Source: Candidatus Latescibacterota bacterium (GTDB lineage Bacteria > Latescibacterota > UBA2968 > UBA8231). From it: a stretch of 64,000 bases of DNA. Shown here one piece after another: positions 28,751 through 38,251 of the stretch; position 1 is the first letter of the stretch; every line of letters begins with the position of its first letter. The notes under the pieces were generated by a model. That model had not been told where the DNA came from and did not search any database. It saw nothing but the letters and a program-made list of their open reading frames with translations. The stretch is from NCBI GenBank assembly GCA_965204725.1, contig OZ242005.1:2688001-2752000 (forward strand), in the 5' to 3' direction. Position numbers and translations under genes: made by a program.

Positions 28751-29500
28751 TTAGACGATCCGCTGCGAGACCACGCCGTGCAGATCCATCTCAAAGTCGA
28801 TACCTACAACCGGCGGCCGGGCGTAGTGCCAACAGACGCCGCCGCGCCGCGCCGCGCCCATCGTCGGCAGGAGAATTTCCGCGAGTATTTCGGCTAAGGG
28901 ATAGATGGTGTACACGTCGACCGCGTCGATCAGCACCCATGTCCCGCCGAGCCCGGCGAGCCGCTCGCTCATAACTTGCGCCACATAAGCGGCCTTCTCG
29001 CGCATGGCAGCGGGCGACGAATCGCCCGGGCGGATAATCCCCTCGGGCACGAGGCGACCGCCCCGCAACTCGCCAGCCCCGGCCACGATCAGGGTTTTGC
29101 GGTCGATCTGGTCGTTGGGAACCGCGTAGGAAAAGGCGTACAGCGAAGGCACGGCCGGCGGGTCGTACGCCGGCGCGACGTTGGTGCGGGCCACCGGATT
29201 GAGCTCATCTACGTACAAACCCCACGCCCGCAGGACGGCACAATAGTCGCGGTTGAAGTCGATGAACCCCTGCATGGTAAAGGGCGCGGGCGAGCGCAAC
29301 TCCATCGCGCAGAGCGCGGCGCGGTCACAGCCTTCGGCCGCCAGATGCGCCTCCACGCGCTCAAAGCCCGCTCGCCAAGGCAGCGGACCGGCGAGCGCGA
29401 CGCGCACGATCTCCCAGCCCGGCTCGGCGACGACGCCACAGGAATAGGGGTCAATGCCCCGCAGAAAGCGATAGTGTCCTTTGGGATGTGTAATCAGCAT
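28751..29500 (-). CDS. RidA-related / CnbZ-like deaminase-family protein
   Basis: GIDPYSCGV, MELRSPAPFT, NPVARTNVAP, RPPVVGIDFEMD. Confidence 0.65.
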   Translation of the reverse strand: MLITHPKGHYRFLRGIDPYSCGVVAEPGWEIVRVALAGPLPWRAGFERVEAHLAAEGCDRAALCAMELRSPAPFTMQGFIDFNRDYCAVLRAWGLYVDELNPVARTNVAPAYDPPAVPSLYAFSYAVPNDQIDRKTLIVAGAGELRGGRLVPEGIIRPGDSSPAAMREKAAYVAQVMSERLAGLGGTWVLIDAVDVYTIYPLAEILAEILLPTMGAARRGGVCWHYARPPVVGIDFEMDLHGVVSQRIV

Positions 29501-29660
29501 GAATTTCAACGTCGGCCACAGGGGGCCTTGCGTCAAGACTTCTTTCTCGCTTGCCTCTATCCCCGCCGTGGAGGGCTTGCTCAGAAGGTCTTGGTATTTT
29601 ACTCTCCAATAGTGCGTTGCTTCCGATTTTATGCGTGATACGTGTATAGGATATTAGACT

Positions 29661-29870
29661 ATGCCAAGCGAAATAGTTTTTGAAGTTCACGAAGCAGAGG
29701 AGGGGGGCTACTACGCCGAGGCTGTAGGATGCGACATCATCACTCAAGCTGACTCGTGGGAAGCTCTGAAGCGAATGGTCCAAGATGCCGTGCTGTGCCA
29801 TTTCGACAGCGACTCGATACCCGGAACTTTCAGACTGCACTTGGTAAAAGACGAGGTCGTTGATGTGTGA
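29661..29870 (+). CDS. HicB-like antitoxin
   Basis: EIVFEVHEAEEGGYYAEA...TQAD...DAVLCHF. Confidence 0.8.
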   Translation: MPSEIVFEVHEAEEGGYYAEAVGCDIITQADSWEALKRMVQDAVLCHFDSDSIPGTFRLHLVKDEVVDV

Positions 29871-30118
29871 TGCTCCCTAGGGACATGTCCGGTGATAAAC
29901 TGGTCCGACTCTTACAGCGTCGCTATGCTTATCGGGTCGTCCGGCAGAGGGGTAGCCATATACGGCTAGTTACCAACATAAAAGGGCCGGAACATCACGT
30001 ATCAATCCCGCGTCATAGCCAGCTAAAAGTTGGCACGTTGCACGTGATTTTATCTAGGGTTGCCGCGTATCTGGAAATCAGCCAATCTGAGTTGCGTCAA
30101 CAGCTATTTGGGTCTTAG
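29867..30118 (+). CDS. hicA: HicA (YcfA) family toxin
   Basis: RQRGSHIRL, IPRH, LKVGTL. Confidence 0.88.
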   Translation: MMLPRDMSGDKLVRLLQRRYAYRVVRQRGSHIRLVTNIKGPEHHVSIPRHSQLKVGTLHVILSRVAAYLEISQSELRQQLFGS

Positions 30119-30164
30119 AAGCCGACGTGGATAGCTATTTTTCGATCTACGAGAGTAGAGTAAA

Positions 30165-31121
30165 ATGCCCTATAAAGTCTTAATCCGCTCGGAAATCGAA
30201 CCGTATCACACCATCATCCCCATGATCGAGGCCCACGCCGAGATCGTGCGCTGGAACCCGCTGCACCCGCAGCCTCCGGCCGCACTCCTCCGCACCATCG
30301 AAGGGGTGTACAACTACGGCCACTATGCCTTCACAGCCGCATACATGGATCTCATGCCCGAACTCCGCGTCATCAGCAACTTCGGCGTGGGCGTTGATCA
30401 CATTGACCTGCAAGCGGCCCAGGAGCGCGGCATCCCCGTAGGCAACACGCCCAACGTCCTCGACGGCGCGACGGCCGATATGACCTTCGCCCTCCTCTTG
30501 GCCGGTGCGCGCAACCTCATCCAAGGCGACCGCTTTGCGCACGGCCCGGATTTTGTGGCCTATGATCCGAGCTTCATGCTGGGGCAGGAGGTCCACCACC
30601 AAGTCCTCGGAATCATCGGGCTGGGCAGCATCGGCTACCAAGTAGCGCGCCGCGCCCTCGCCTTCGATATGACCGTCTTGTACCACAACCGGCGTCGCAA
30701 CCCCAAGGCCGAAGCCGACCTCAACGTGCGCTACGTCGAGCTCGACGAGCTGCTCCAGCAGGCGGATTTCGTGACCTTGAACATGCCGCTGACCGATCAG
30801 ACGCGGGGTATGATTGGTCAGCGCGAGTTGGGCCTGATGAAGCAATCGGCCGTGCTGGTAAACGCCGCGCGCGGGGGCGTCGTCGATCACGACGCGCTGT
30901 TGGCAACCCTACAAAGCGGCGGGATCCACGCAGCCGCCCTCGACGTGACCGAACCCGAACCCCTGCCCCGCGACCACCCCCTCCTAGCACTGGACAACCT
31001 CGTCGTCATACCCCACTTGGGCAGCGCGACTCACCAGACGCGCCAAGCCATGGCCGAGCGGTCGGTGGGCAACCTGCTGGCCGGGTTGGAGGGCCGCCAA
31101 CTTTTGAGCCGCATCGTTTAA
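30165..31121 (+). CDS. D-isomer 2-hydroxyacid dehydrogenase (glyoxylate reductase-like)
   Basis: GVGVDHID, GLGSIG, NAARG, LDVTEPEP, PHLGSA. Confidence 0.92.
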   Translation: MPYKVLIRSEIEPYHTIIPMIEAHAEIVRWNPLHPQPPAALLRTIEGVYNYGHYAFTAAYMDLMPELRVISNFGVGVDHIDLQAAQERGIPVGNTPNVLDGATADMTFALLLAGARNLIQGDRFAHGPDFVAYDPSFMLGQEVHHQVLGIIGLGSIGYQVARRALAFDMTVLYHNRRRNPKAEADLNVRYVELDELLQQADFVTLNMPLTDQTRGMIGQRELGLMKQSAVLVNAARGGVVDHDALLATLQSGGIHAAALDVTEPEPLPRDHPLLALDNLVVIPHLGSATHQTRQAMAERSVGNLLAGLEGRQLLSRIV

Positions 31122-31133
31122 TAAAGGAGCACA

Positions 31134-32069
31134 ATGAACGAGAATCACCACTACAAGGTCGTCATCGTCGGCTCGGGTCCGGCCGGACTGACCGCCGCCC
31201 TGTACGCGGCCCGAGCTGACCTCACGCCGCTGGTCCTAGAGGGCTTGCAGCCGGGCGGCCAGCTAACCATTACTACGGACGTAGAAAACTACCCAGGCTT
31301 TCCCGACGGCATCATGGGCCCCGAACTGGTCGATCAGATGCGCCAGCAGGCGCAACGCTTTGGTGCCGAGTGCAAGTTCGAGACGGTCGCCGCGGTCGAT
31401 CTGTCCAAGCGACCTTGGGCCGTCACAAGCGACGGCGGCCAGTACACCTGCGACGCCCTAATCATTGCCACCGGCGCGTCGGCACGCCTGCTCGGCTTGG
31501 AATCCGAGCGGCGGCTGATGGGGCACGGGGTCTCGGCCTGCGCCACCTGCGACGGCTTTTTCTTTCGCGACCAAGAGCTCGTCGTCGTCGGTGGCGGCGA
31601 CTCGGCCATGGAGGAAGGGACCTACCTGACGAAATTCGCCTCCAAGGTCACCATCGTCCACCGCCGCGCCGAGTTTCGCGCCTCCAAAATCATGCTCAAG
31701 CGCGCACAGGACAATGACAAGATCGACTTCGTGGTCAACGCCACCATCGCCGAAATTTTGCAAGCCGAGGGCGAGCGTGCGGTGCGCGGGGTGCTGCTGC
31801 GCGACACCCACACCGGCCAGACGCACGAGTTTTCCTGCGACGGCGTCTTCGTCGCCATCGGCCACGTGCCCAACTCCGAGCTTTTTAAGGGCGCGTTGGC
31901 CATGAACGAGCAGGGCTACATCCTCACCGAGCCGGATTCGACCGCGACCGCTATCCCCGGGGTTTTTGCCTGCGGCGACGTGCAAGACTCCGTGTACCGC
32001 CAAGCCGTCACCGCGGCCGGCACCGGGTGTATGGCGGCGATTGAGGCCGAGCGATTTTTGGCCCATTAG
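31134..32069 (+). CDS. trxB: Thioredoxin-disulfide reductase
   Basis: GSGPAG, CATCDG, GGGDSA, HRR, GDVQD. Confidence 0.96.
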   Translation: MNENHHYKVVIVGSGPAGLTAALYAARADLTPLVLEGLQPGGQLTITTDVENYPGFPDGIMGPELVDQMRQQAQRFGAECKFETVAAVDLSKRPWAVTSDGGQYTCDALIIATGASARLLGLESERRLMGHGVSACATCDGFFFRDQELVVVGGGDSAMEEGTYLTKFASKVTIVHRRAEFRASKIMLKRAQDNDKIDFVVNATIAEILQAEGERAVRGVLLRDTHTGQTHEFSCDGVFVAIGHVPNSELFKGALAMNEQGYILTEPDSTATAIPGVFACGDVQDSVYRQAVTAAGTGCMAAIEAERFLAH

Positions 32070-32071
32070 AA

Positions 32072-32869
32072 ATGCAGCCCCGCTCAACGGCCCATCCCAT
32101 CCGCCCCAAGAAACAGCGCGGCCAAAACTTCCTCACCGACGCCGCACTCCTGCGCCGGCAAGTGGCTTGCGCCGACCTTGCGGCCGGGGATACGGTGCTG
32201 GAGATCGGGGCCGGAATCGGCAACTTGACCCAGTTGCTGCTAGAGCGAGCCGGGCAGGTGGTGGCCGTGGAGCAAGACCGCCAGTTTGGTCCAAGTCTAA
32301 GGGAATTGCAGCGGCGGCACGAGCATCTCAAGGTGGTGTGGGGCGATGCGTTGGTCGTGGATTTTCCGCGCTTCGACAAGGTAGTAGCCAACCTGCCGTA
32401 TCAAGTGGCCCTGCCGATTGTATTCAAGCTGCTAAACCAGCGCTTCGAGCGGGCCGTGCTCATGCTGCCCAAGCGGCTAGCCCAGCGGCTGTGCGCGACC
32501 GTCGGCCAAAAGGGCTATTGTCGGATTGGAGTCGCCGTTGGGCGGCTGGCCCAAGTAGAGTGGATCGAAGAGGTAGGCAAAGACGCCTTTTTCCCGCGCC
32601 CGGAAGTCGAAAGTGCCCTCGTGGTCGTCAAGCGCACCAAGCCCAAGTTCGCCGTGCCATCCGAAGCCTTCTTTAGGGAAGTCTTGGAAAGCCTCTTTGC
32701 CCGCCGCCAAGTGCGCGTTGGGCAGATCGTCCCCGCGGCCGCCAGCCTGAGCAAGAAGATCAAGAACAAACCCGTGTACACCGTCACGCCACGCGAGTTC
32801 GGGGAAATCACCCGCGTCTTGTGGCCGCTCAGCCGGCCAACCCCGCGTACACCGCGCGCCCCCTCCTGA
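32072..32869 (+). CDS. rsmA: 16S rRNA adenine dimethyltransferase
   Basis: GQNFL, EIGAGIG, ANLPY, FFPRPEVES. Confidence 0.85.
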   Translation: MQPRSTAHPIRPKKQRGQNFLTDAALLRRQVACADLAAGDTVLEIGAGIGNLTQLLLERAGQVVAVEQDRQFGPSLRELQRRHEHLKVVWGDALVVDFPRFDKVVANLPYQVALPIVFKLLNQRFERAVLMLPKRLAQRLCATVGQKGYCRIGVAVGRLAQVEWIEEVGKDAFFPRPEVESALVVVKRTKPKFAVPSEAFFREVLESLFARRQVRVGQIVPAAASLSKKIKNKPVYTVTPREFGEITRVLWPLSRPTPRTPRAPS

Positions 32870-34274
32870 ACAGTTCTCGCACCTCCTCGCGCTGCTGGTC
32901 GTTGTTGTAGCGGCCATAAGAGCCGATCCACTTGAGCGATTCGTCAATCGAGCGGAGGAAGAAGTTGGCGTCGGCCGCGCACTCAGCCGGCCGTGCGCCG
33001 CAGCGGAAATAGCTCGGGCTCGAATGCGCGTAAATCGACTGGCCAAAGCTGTCGCGCGAGTCGCCCCACAGGCGGGCGGCCACCCAACCGTCGCGCTCGG
33101 CCCGGAAGCCGTGGCGCAACGCGCCCTCGCGCCGACCGGCCGGCCATTCCCAGCGCTGGACCACCGAGCCGTTGACCACCAACTCGGCGCGCTCAAGCGG
33201 ATAAAACGAGCTAAAGGTCACTTCGGCCTCTAATTCCGCGCCGCTCCCGCATTCTACGGTATCGCCCATGGGCCGCCCGTTGAGTGCGAGCTGAAGGGCC
33301 GGGCCGTTGGTTATGAAGGTCCGCCCCTGTTTCATGCCCTCAATCCAGCGCGAGTATGAAAATTCCCCATCCACTTGGACGTACACGCGATTGTTGGAGC
33401 ACACAAACCAATCCGTGCCGGTCGAGGCCGGCAGCCGTAGGCCGCAGTTGAGGAGCTTGTACCAGAGGTCGTATTCCGGGTCCATCCAAAAGGGGTCGAA
33501 CAGGTTGAAGGCGTCGAGCTTGCCGAGTGCCGCAGCCACCGGGGCCTCCATGCCGCGCCCGTTGTGGCACCAGATGACCAAGCCGCCCTGCTCGCGGGCG
33601 TCGTCGCAGCAAAAGCACAAGGGGGGGTAATCCGGGTCGAATTGCCCGGCGAGGGTGTGGCCGCGGCTGACGGGCTGCACGAGGTTGCGGATGTTGAGCA
33701 ACATCACGTGACCATAGCCAAAGCCCCACGGCGAGTTGTCGCCGTAGTGGCGGTTTTCCTCGCCGATGTCGAGGACGTGATGGGCGGTGGTAAACTCGTT
33801 CATCACGCCAATGGGATACTTGTTGGATGCGTAGGGCAACTGGCGGCGGTCGAGCACGCTGACGCAGGTGACACTATACCCCTCGACGCTGCAATCAATC
33901 CCGAGCCGCTCGTCGGGCTGGGTCTCCTTTTCGTCGTAGTGAATGTGCGTGTTGCCCGGATACCAAGCGTCCTCTTGGGGGCGATACCAGCGGCGCAGCG
34001 GAATCTCTAGCTCGACGCGGCCCTTGGCCGGCAGTTCAACGGTCGCGCGATAGGGTTCGTACTCGGTGCCGCGCTCAACGAGTACATCCGTGCGCCCCCG
34101 GCTGCTTTCGACGGCAAACGAGCCAGCGCAAAAGAAAAACAGCGTCCCCGGGCCGCGCTTGAGCATGGAGTTCGGTGGGCGAGCAAAGGTGCCCGAAGCC
34201 GTGAGGACGTGGACTTTGGCGTCGAGCGGTTCGCCCGAGACTTCGTCGATAATCGTGCCGTGCAGCGTGCCCAT
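32829..34274 (-). CDS. CehA/McbA-family (PHP-like) metallohydrolase
   Basis: GNTHIH, GEE, WYKLLNCG, TGTD, GRTFITNGP, AHSSP. Confidence 0.8.
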   Translation of the reverse strand: MGTLHGTIIDEVSGEPLDAKVHVLTASGTFARPPNSMLKRGPGTLFFFCAGSFAVESSRGRTDVLVERGTEYEPYRATVELPAKGRVELEIPLRRWYRPQEDAWYPGNTHIHYDEKETQPDERLGIDCSVEGYSVTCVSVLDRRQLPYASNKYPIGVMNEFTTAHHVLDIGEENRHYGDNSPWGFGYGHVMLLNIRNLVQPVSRGHTLAGQFDPDYPPLCFCCDDAREQGGLVIWCHNGRGMEAPVAAALGKLDAFNLFDPFWMDPEYDLWYKLLNCGLRLPASTGTDWFVCSNNRVYVQVDGEFSYSRWIEGMKQGRTFITNGPALQLALNGRPMGDTVECGSGAELEAEVTFSSFYPLERAELVVNGSVVQRWEWPAGRREGALRHGFRAERDGWVAARLWGDSRDSFGQSIYAHSSPSYFRCGARPAECAADANFFLRSIDESLKWIGSYGRYNNDQQREEVRELFRRGRAVYAGLAG

Positions 34275-34285
34275 GGTGCCTCCTG

Positions 34286-35335
34286 TCAGTTGAGCGAATA
34301 CGTTTCGTACGGAGCCGCGCAGGGGTTGCCGCGGCTGATGTGCATGCGGCCTCGATCAGGCTCGATTACCACCGAAAATACGCTCGTCCAAAAGCCGGTC
34401 TGCGGATGGTCGTTGGCGTGGCGGCAGATGGAGTATGGGTGCCGGTCGTGGTCGCGCAGGGCCTCTTGGACATGCGCCATGCTCACGCGCCGCTCCGAAC
34501 CAAGCAACTGTTCGACGCGGCAGTAGCGCGGGCCGGACTCGATCAGCTCGGGAAATTCGCGGTTGATCGGCGCGAGCTCCGGGTGTAGGCAGTGGTTGGT
34601 GTGGACGACGAGCTCGTCGTCGCGCAAGACGTGGACATGGCCCAAGGTGAGTTCGAGATCGGCCGGCCCCTGCGGGGTGGCGAGGAGGATGTTGCCGGGA
34701 ATGGCGCGGTCGGCCCGGCGCACCGCTGCAACCGCGCCGCTGAGCGAGGTCTGTTCGTAGATGGCGCGCACGGCAAAGTAGTGCGGGACGCCGACCGGGC
34801 GGCTGGGGGCCGGCAGCGTGTTCATGCAGACGCCCAAGCCGGCGTCGTTGCAGCCGATGTACGCGATGAGGCCCGCTTGGGTAATGTTCATCAGCGCCGG
34901 CTTGCCAGCCGGGCGGCGCGTCAGCACGATCGTAAAGGGGTCGAGCGCGGGGTCGTTGTCCCAGTTCTGCGCGACCATCGCCCGGCCCTCAACGCTGCGC
35001 TTGGGGGCGACGGCAAAGGCCGTGCAGGCCGCGTCTTCCTCCGGGCAAAGCTGGTTGCGCACCTGTAGGAGCATCAGCTCGTCGAGCGCGACGCCCGCCC
35101 CCTCGCTCATGCCGCGCAACTCGTCGAGCATGTCGGGCGCGTACGCAGCCGCGCAATCCATGCTCCGGCGGCTTATGTCCAAGGCGCGGGCGCGCGAGAC
35201 GCACACGGTCTTGTTGACGCGCTCTAGGGCGATGGCGGCAAAGCCGCGGATTTCGTCGCGGACAGCCTCTCCGATTTGGCGGCCCAACGTGCGCGGCGGC
35301 CCGCTGACTTCGATGTGGCGATACCGGGTGCTCAT
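34286..35335 (-). CDS. Peptidase C45 (Ntn-hydrolase) family
   Basis: ACTAF, AQNWD, HTNH, GNPC. Confidence 0.88.
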   Translation of the reverse strand: MSTRYRHIEVSGPPRTLGRQIGEAVRDEIRGFAAIALERVNKTVCVSRARALDISRRSMDCAAAYAPDMLDELRGMSEGAGVALDELMLLQVRNQLCPEEDAACTAFAVAPKRSVEGRAMVAQNWDNDPALDPFTIVLTRRPAGKPALMNITQAGLIAYIGCNDAGLGVCMNTLPAPSRPVGVPHYFAVRAIYEQTSLSGAVAAVRRADRAIPGNILLATPQGPADLELTLGHVHVLRDDELVVHTNHCLHPELAPINREFPELIESGPRYCRVEQLLGSERRVSMAHVQEALRDHDRHPYSICRHANDHPQTGFWTSVFSVVIEPDRGRMHISRGNPCAAPYETYSLN

Positions 35336-35350
35336 ATTCGCTCCTTTGGC

Positions 35351-36325
35351 TCAGGGCCGCACTTGCAGCACGACCTTGCCGATGTTGCGGTTTTGCCGGA
35401 GGATGTCCTGGGCTTCGGCCGCGCGCTCAATGGGCAGCACATCCTCGATCACAGGTCGCACGCGCCCGTCGATTAGCAGCGGCCAGAAGCGCTCTTTGAA
35501 GGCCGCGACGATCGCGGTTTTCTCTTCGTCCGAGCGGCTGCGCAACACCGAGCCGATCAGGCGCAGGCGCTTTCTCTGGAGTTCCAAGAGGTCTATCTGG
35601 GCCTCGGCGCCGGTCAGGACGGCGATTACCACGAGGCGGCCCCTCGGCTTGAGCAGCCGCACATTGTGCGCCAAGTAGGAAGCCCCGGCGATGTCGAGGA
35701 TCACATCGACCCCGTCGGTGTGGGCGAGAATGGCCTCGGCAAAGTCCCGCTCCTTGTAGTTGACCCCGAACTCCGCGCCCAGCGCTAGGCAGCACGCCAC
35801 CTTGGCGTCCGTGCCGGCCGTGACAATCGCCTTGGCCCCGGCTTGGCGGCACAACTGCACAGCGGCCGTACCGACGCCGCTGCCCCCGCCGTGGATGAGG
35901 GCGGTCTCGCCGGCGCGCAAGCCGGCCTCGCGGAACAAGTTGACAAAAGCGGTGAGAAAAACCTCGCAGATGGCCGCGCCCCAAGTGAAGTCGCGGTCGC
36001 TGGGCAGGGGCAGCAAATGGGGGGCGGGAACGGCCACGCGCTCGGCGTACCCGCCGCCGGAGAGCAGGCCGAGGACGCGGTCGCCGGGCCGCCACTCGGT
36101 TACCGACTCACCGGTAGCCGCGACCACACCCGCCATTTCCAAGCCCATGTAGGGGGATGCGCCCGGGGGCGGCGGGTAGTTGCCAGTGCGTTGGAGGAGG
36201 TCGGCTCGATTGACGGCCGTGGCATGAATATCGACGAGGACCTCGCCCGGGCCGCAGGTGGGGTCTGGGACCTCTTGCCAGCCGAGCGCGTGGTCTGCGT
36301 CGTTGGTTATGGTTATCGCTTTCAT
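35351..36325 (-). CDS. NAD(P)H-quinone oxidoreductase (PIG3 family)
   Basis: AVNRADLLQ, GLE, HGGGSGVG, GSVLRSR, NIGKVVL. Confidence 0.92.
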   Translation of the reverse strand: MKAITITNDADHALGWQEVPDPTCGPGEVLVDIHATAVNRADLLQRTGNYPPPPGASPYMGLEMAGVVAATGESVTEWRPGDRVLGLLSGGGYAERVAVPAPHLLPLPSDRDFTWGAAICEVFLTAFVNLFREAGLRAGETALIHGGGSGVGTAAVQLCRQAGAKAIVTAGTDAKVACCLALGAEFGVNYKERDFAEAILAHTDGVDVILDIAGASYLAHNVRLLKPRGRLVVIAVLTGAEAQIDLLELQRKRLRLIGSVLRSRSDEEKTAIVAAFKERFWPLLIDGRVRPVIEDVLPIERAAEAQDILRQNRNIGKVVLQVRP

Positions 36326-36423
36326 GGTCTATACTTTGACGCATTGGGAAGTGGAGCGCAAGGTTGCACCGGGCGAGGGACGGGCGTACATTTCAAGCCG
36401 CTTTTAACGAAACCAATAACGAC

Positions 36424-36930
36424 ATGACCAATATCGAAATCAAAGCGCACTATCCAGACGTCGAGCGCGCCGAAGAAAACCTCAACGCCCTCGGCGCGGG
36501 GCTAGCCGGGACCTTCCACCAGAAGGACACCTATTTCAACCTAGACCAAGGGCGGCTCAAACTGCGCGAGCTTGGCGTTGACGAAGGCCATCTGATTTTC
36601 TACCAGCGCGAGGACCTAGCCGGCCCCAAGCGTAGCGACTACGAGATTGCCAAGACCGAAGACCCGGAGGGCCTGCGCAACATTCTCAGCGGCATCCACG
36701 GCGTCTGGGTTGAGGTGGAAAAGACGCGCCAAGTCTGGCTGTGGGAAAACGTGCGCATCCACCTCGACGACGTAAAGGACATCGGCCAATTCGTCGAACT
36801 AGAGGCCGTAACCGAAGAAAAGGGCATTGAGGAGTCGCACCAGCGCGTCGAGGCCCTGATGCGGGCATTGGAAATCACCAGCGACCAGCTAGTCAAAGGC
36901 TCCTACGGAGATCTTGTCGCCGCTGGTTGA
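36424..36930 (+). CDS. CYTH-domain protein (class IV adenylate cyclase CyaB-like)
   Basis: NIEIKA, QKDTYF, RLKLRE, RIHLD, FVELE. Confidence 0.88.
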   Translation: MTNIEIKAHYPDVERAEENLNALGAGLAGTFHQKDTYFNLDQGRLKLRELGVDEGHLIFYQREDLAGPKRSDYEIAKTEDPEGLRNILSGIHGVWVEVEKTRQVWLWENVRIHLDDVKDIGQFVELEAVTEEKGIEESHQRVEALMRALEITSDQLVKGSYGDLVAAG

Positions 36931-36940
36931 GCCTCGCCCC

Positions 36941-37312
36941 ATGTCGCGACCGACCAAGCTCGACCCCTGCTACGTGAATCGTCGCGTCGTCCTTCCCTAT
37001 GGACTCAAAGTAAAAGAAATCGAACAGGCAGTAGCGGAGACGTACCGACTTTTTCACGGGTTGAACGACTATCTCAAAAGCAGCGGCTTCCGTCCATTGG
37101 AGGAATTACTGCTGGGCAACTCGCTGTCCGGCATAATTTCCGAAAAACTTGACCAAGCAGATTGGTCATTCTCAGGCCGCTCCGGCACTTCGCGCCGGAC
37201 GCCCACAGCGTCCATAACGGCGGCTGGTGTCGAGAAGTTGCGGAACAATTTTCTTTACCGGCTGCCCGACGTCGGCATTGGTCGCCATCGCACCATCCTA
37301 GCTCAGCCGTAA
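36941..37312 (+). pseudogene. Probable type II restriction endonuclease with internal in-frame deletion
   Basis: 123 aa; LEELLLGNSLSGIISE joined directly to LDQADWSFSGRSGTSRRT; no PD-(D/E)XK core; convergent with MTase. Confidence 0.5.
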
Positions 37313-37318
37313 GTGCCT

Positions 37319-38239
37319 TCAGCCGAACAAGCTTGGCTGTCCCCCTGCTCCCGGTGCCGGCTTGCTCTCGCAGTTGACTTCCAGCGCGGCTAATCGCGGA
37401 ATCGCGGCCTTTGCGATCTCGAAAAACGCGGGATCGCTCTCAATGCCAATACTCTCATAACCCACGGCACACGCGGCGGCAATAGTCGAACCCCCGCCCA
37501 TAAACGGGTCGAGTACAATGCCCTCGCCCAGCGGCAGGGCCGCCCGCACGATCTGACGCATAAAGCTCTGCGGCTTGAGCGAGGGATGCGGCGCGATGTC
37601 GCGTTCCGCCGACCGGGTGGGCGCACTGCGGATGACGTCGCCGAAAGGGCGCTCGGCACTAATCCGCCTCAGGCCGCCCGTCTTCCACCCGCGCAGATTG
37701 TCCTGGACGCGCCCCTCGCACGGCTTGCGAAACAAGCCCCAAGGCTCCCAGCCAGAGCGGGGCATAACCGTGACGTCCGCAAACTCGTCGTGGGCGTTCT
37801 TGGGGCGGTCGCCGCCCCGCAGCGTCTGCACTAGGCGGATGATCTCGCCGCGCTTCTCAAAGCCGCTTTCGACGAGAGCCGCATAGACCAAGTGCGACAG
37901 CAGGGGGTTGGCGGCAATGAAAACGTGCCCTCCCGGCACGAGCACTCTCAAGGCCCGTTCGCCCCATTGCCCAAAGAACGCGGCAAGTCGCTTCTTATCG
38001 CCGTTGCTGAGGACGGTGAACCGCGGCAGGGGCTGGCGGACGCAACCGTCCAAAGCGGGCGGGACACGCCAGACGCCACCCCGTCCGCGCCGAAGTTTGT
38101 CCTTTTCTTGAGTGGTGTACTCTTTCAGGCCGTAAGGCGGGTCGGTGACGATGGCGTGGACGCTGTGGGCGGGGCAATGCTCCATCCACGCGAAGCAATC
38201 CTCTTGGACGAGCTGATATGAGGCTTCGCTAGGGCGCAT
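37319..38239 (-). CDS. N4/N6 DNA methyltransferase (beta arrangement)
   Basis: VTDPPYG precedes HPSLKP and LDPFMGGGS. Confidence 0.92.
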   Translation of the reverse strand: MRPSEASYQLVQEDCFAWMEHCPAHSVHAIVTDPPYGLKEYTTQEKDKLRRGRGGVWRVPPALDGCVRQPLPRFTVLSNGDKKRLAAFFGQWGERALRVLVPGGHVFIAANPLLSHLVYAALVESGFEKRGEIIRLVQTLRGGDRPKNAHDEFADVTVMPRSGWEPWGLFRKPCEGRVQDNLRGWKTGGLRRISAERPFGDVIRSAPTRSAERDIAPHPSLKPQSFMRQIVRAALPLGEGIVLDPFMGGGSTIAAACAVGYESIGIESDPAFFEIAKAAIPRLAALEVNCESKPAPGAGGQPSLFG

Positions 38240-38251
38240 ATCGCTCCTCCC

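Noticed and set aside
32829-32869. Convergent overlap of rsmA and the metallohydrolase as antisense regulation
   Set aside because: Short 3' overlaps are common and there is no further support
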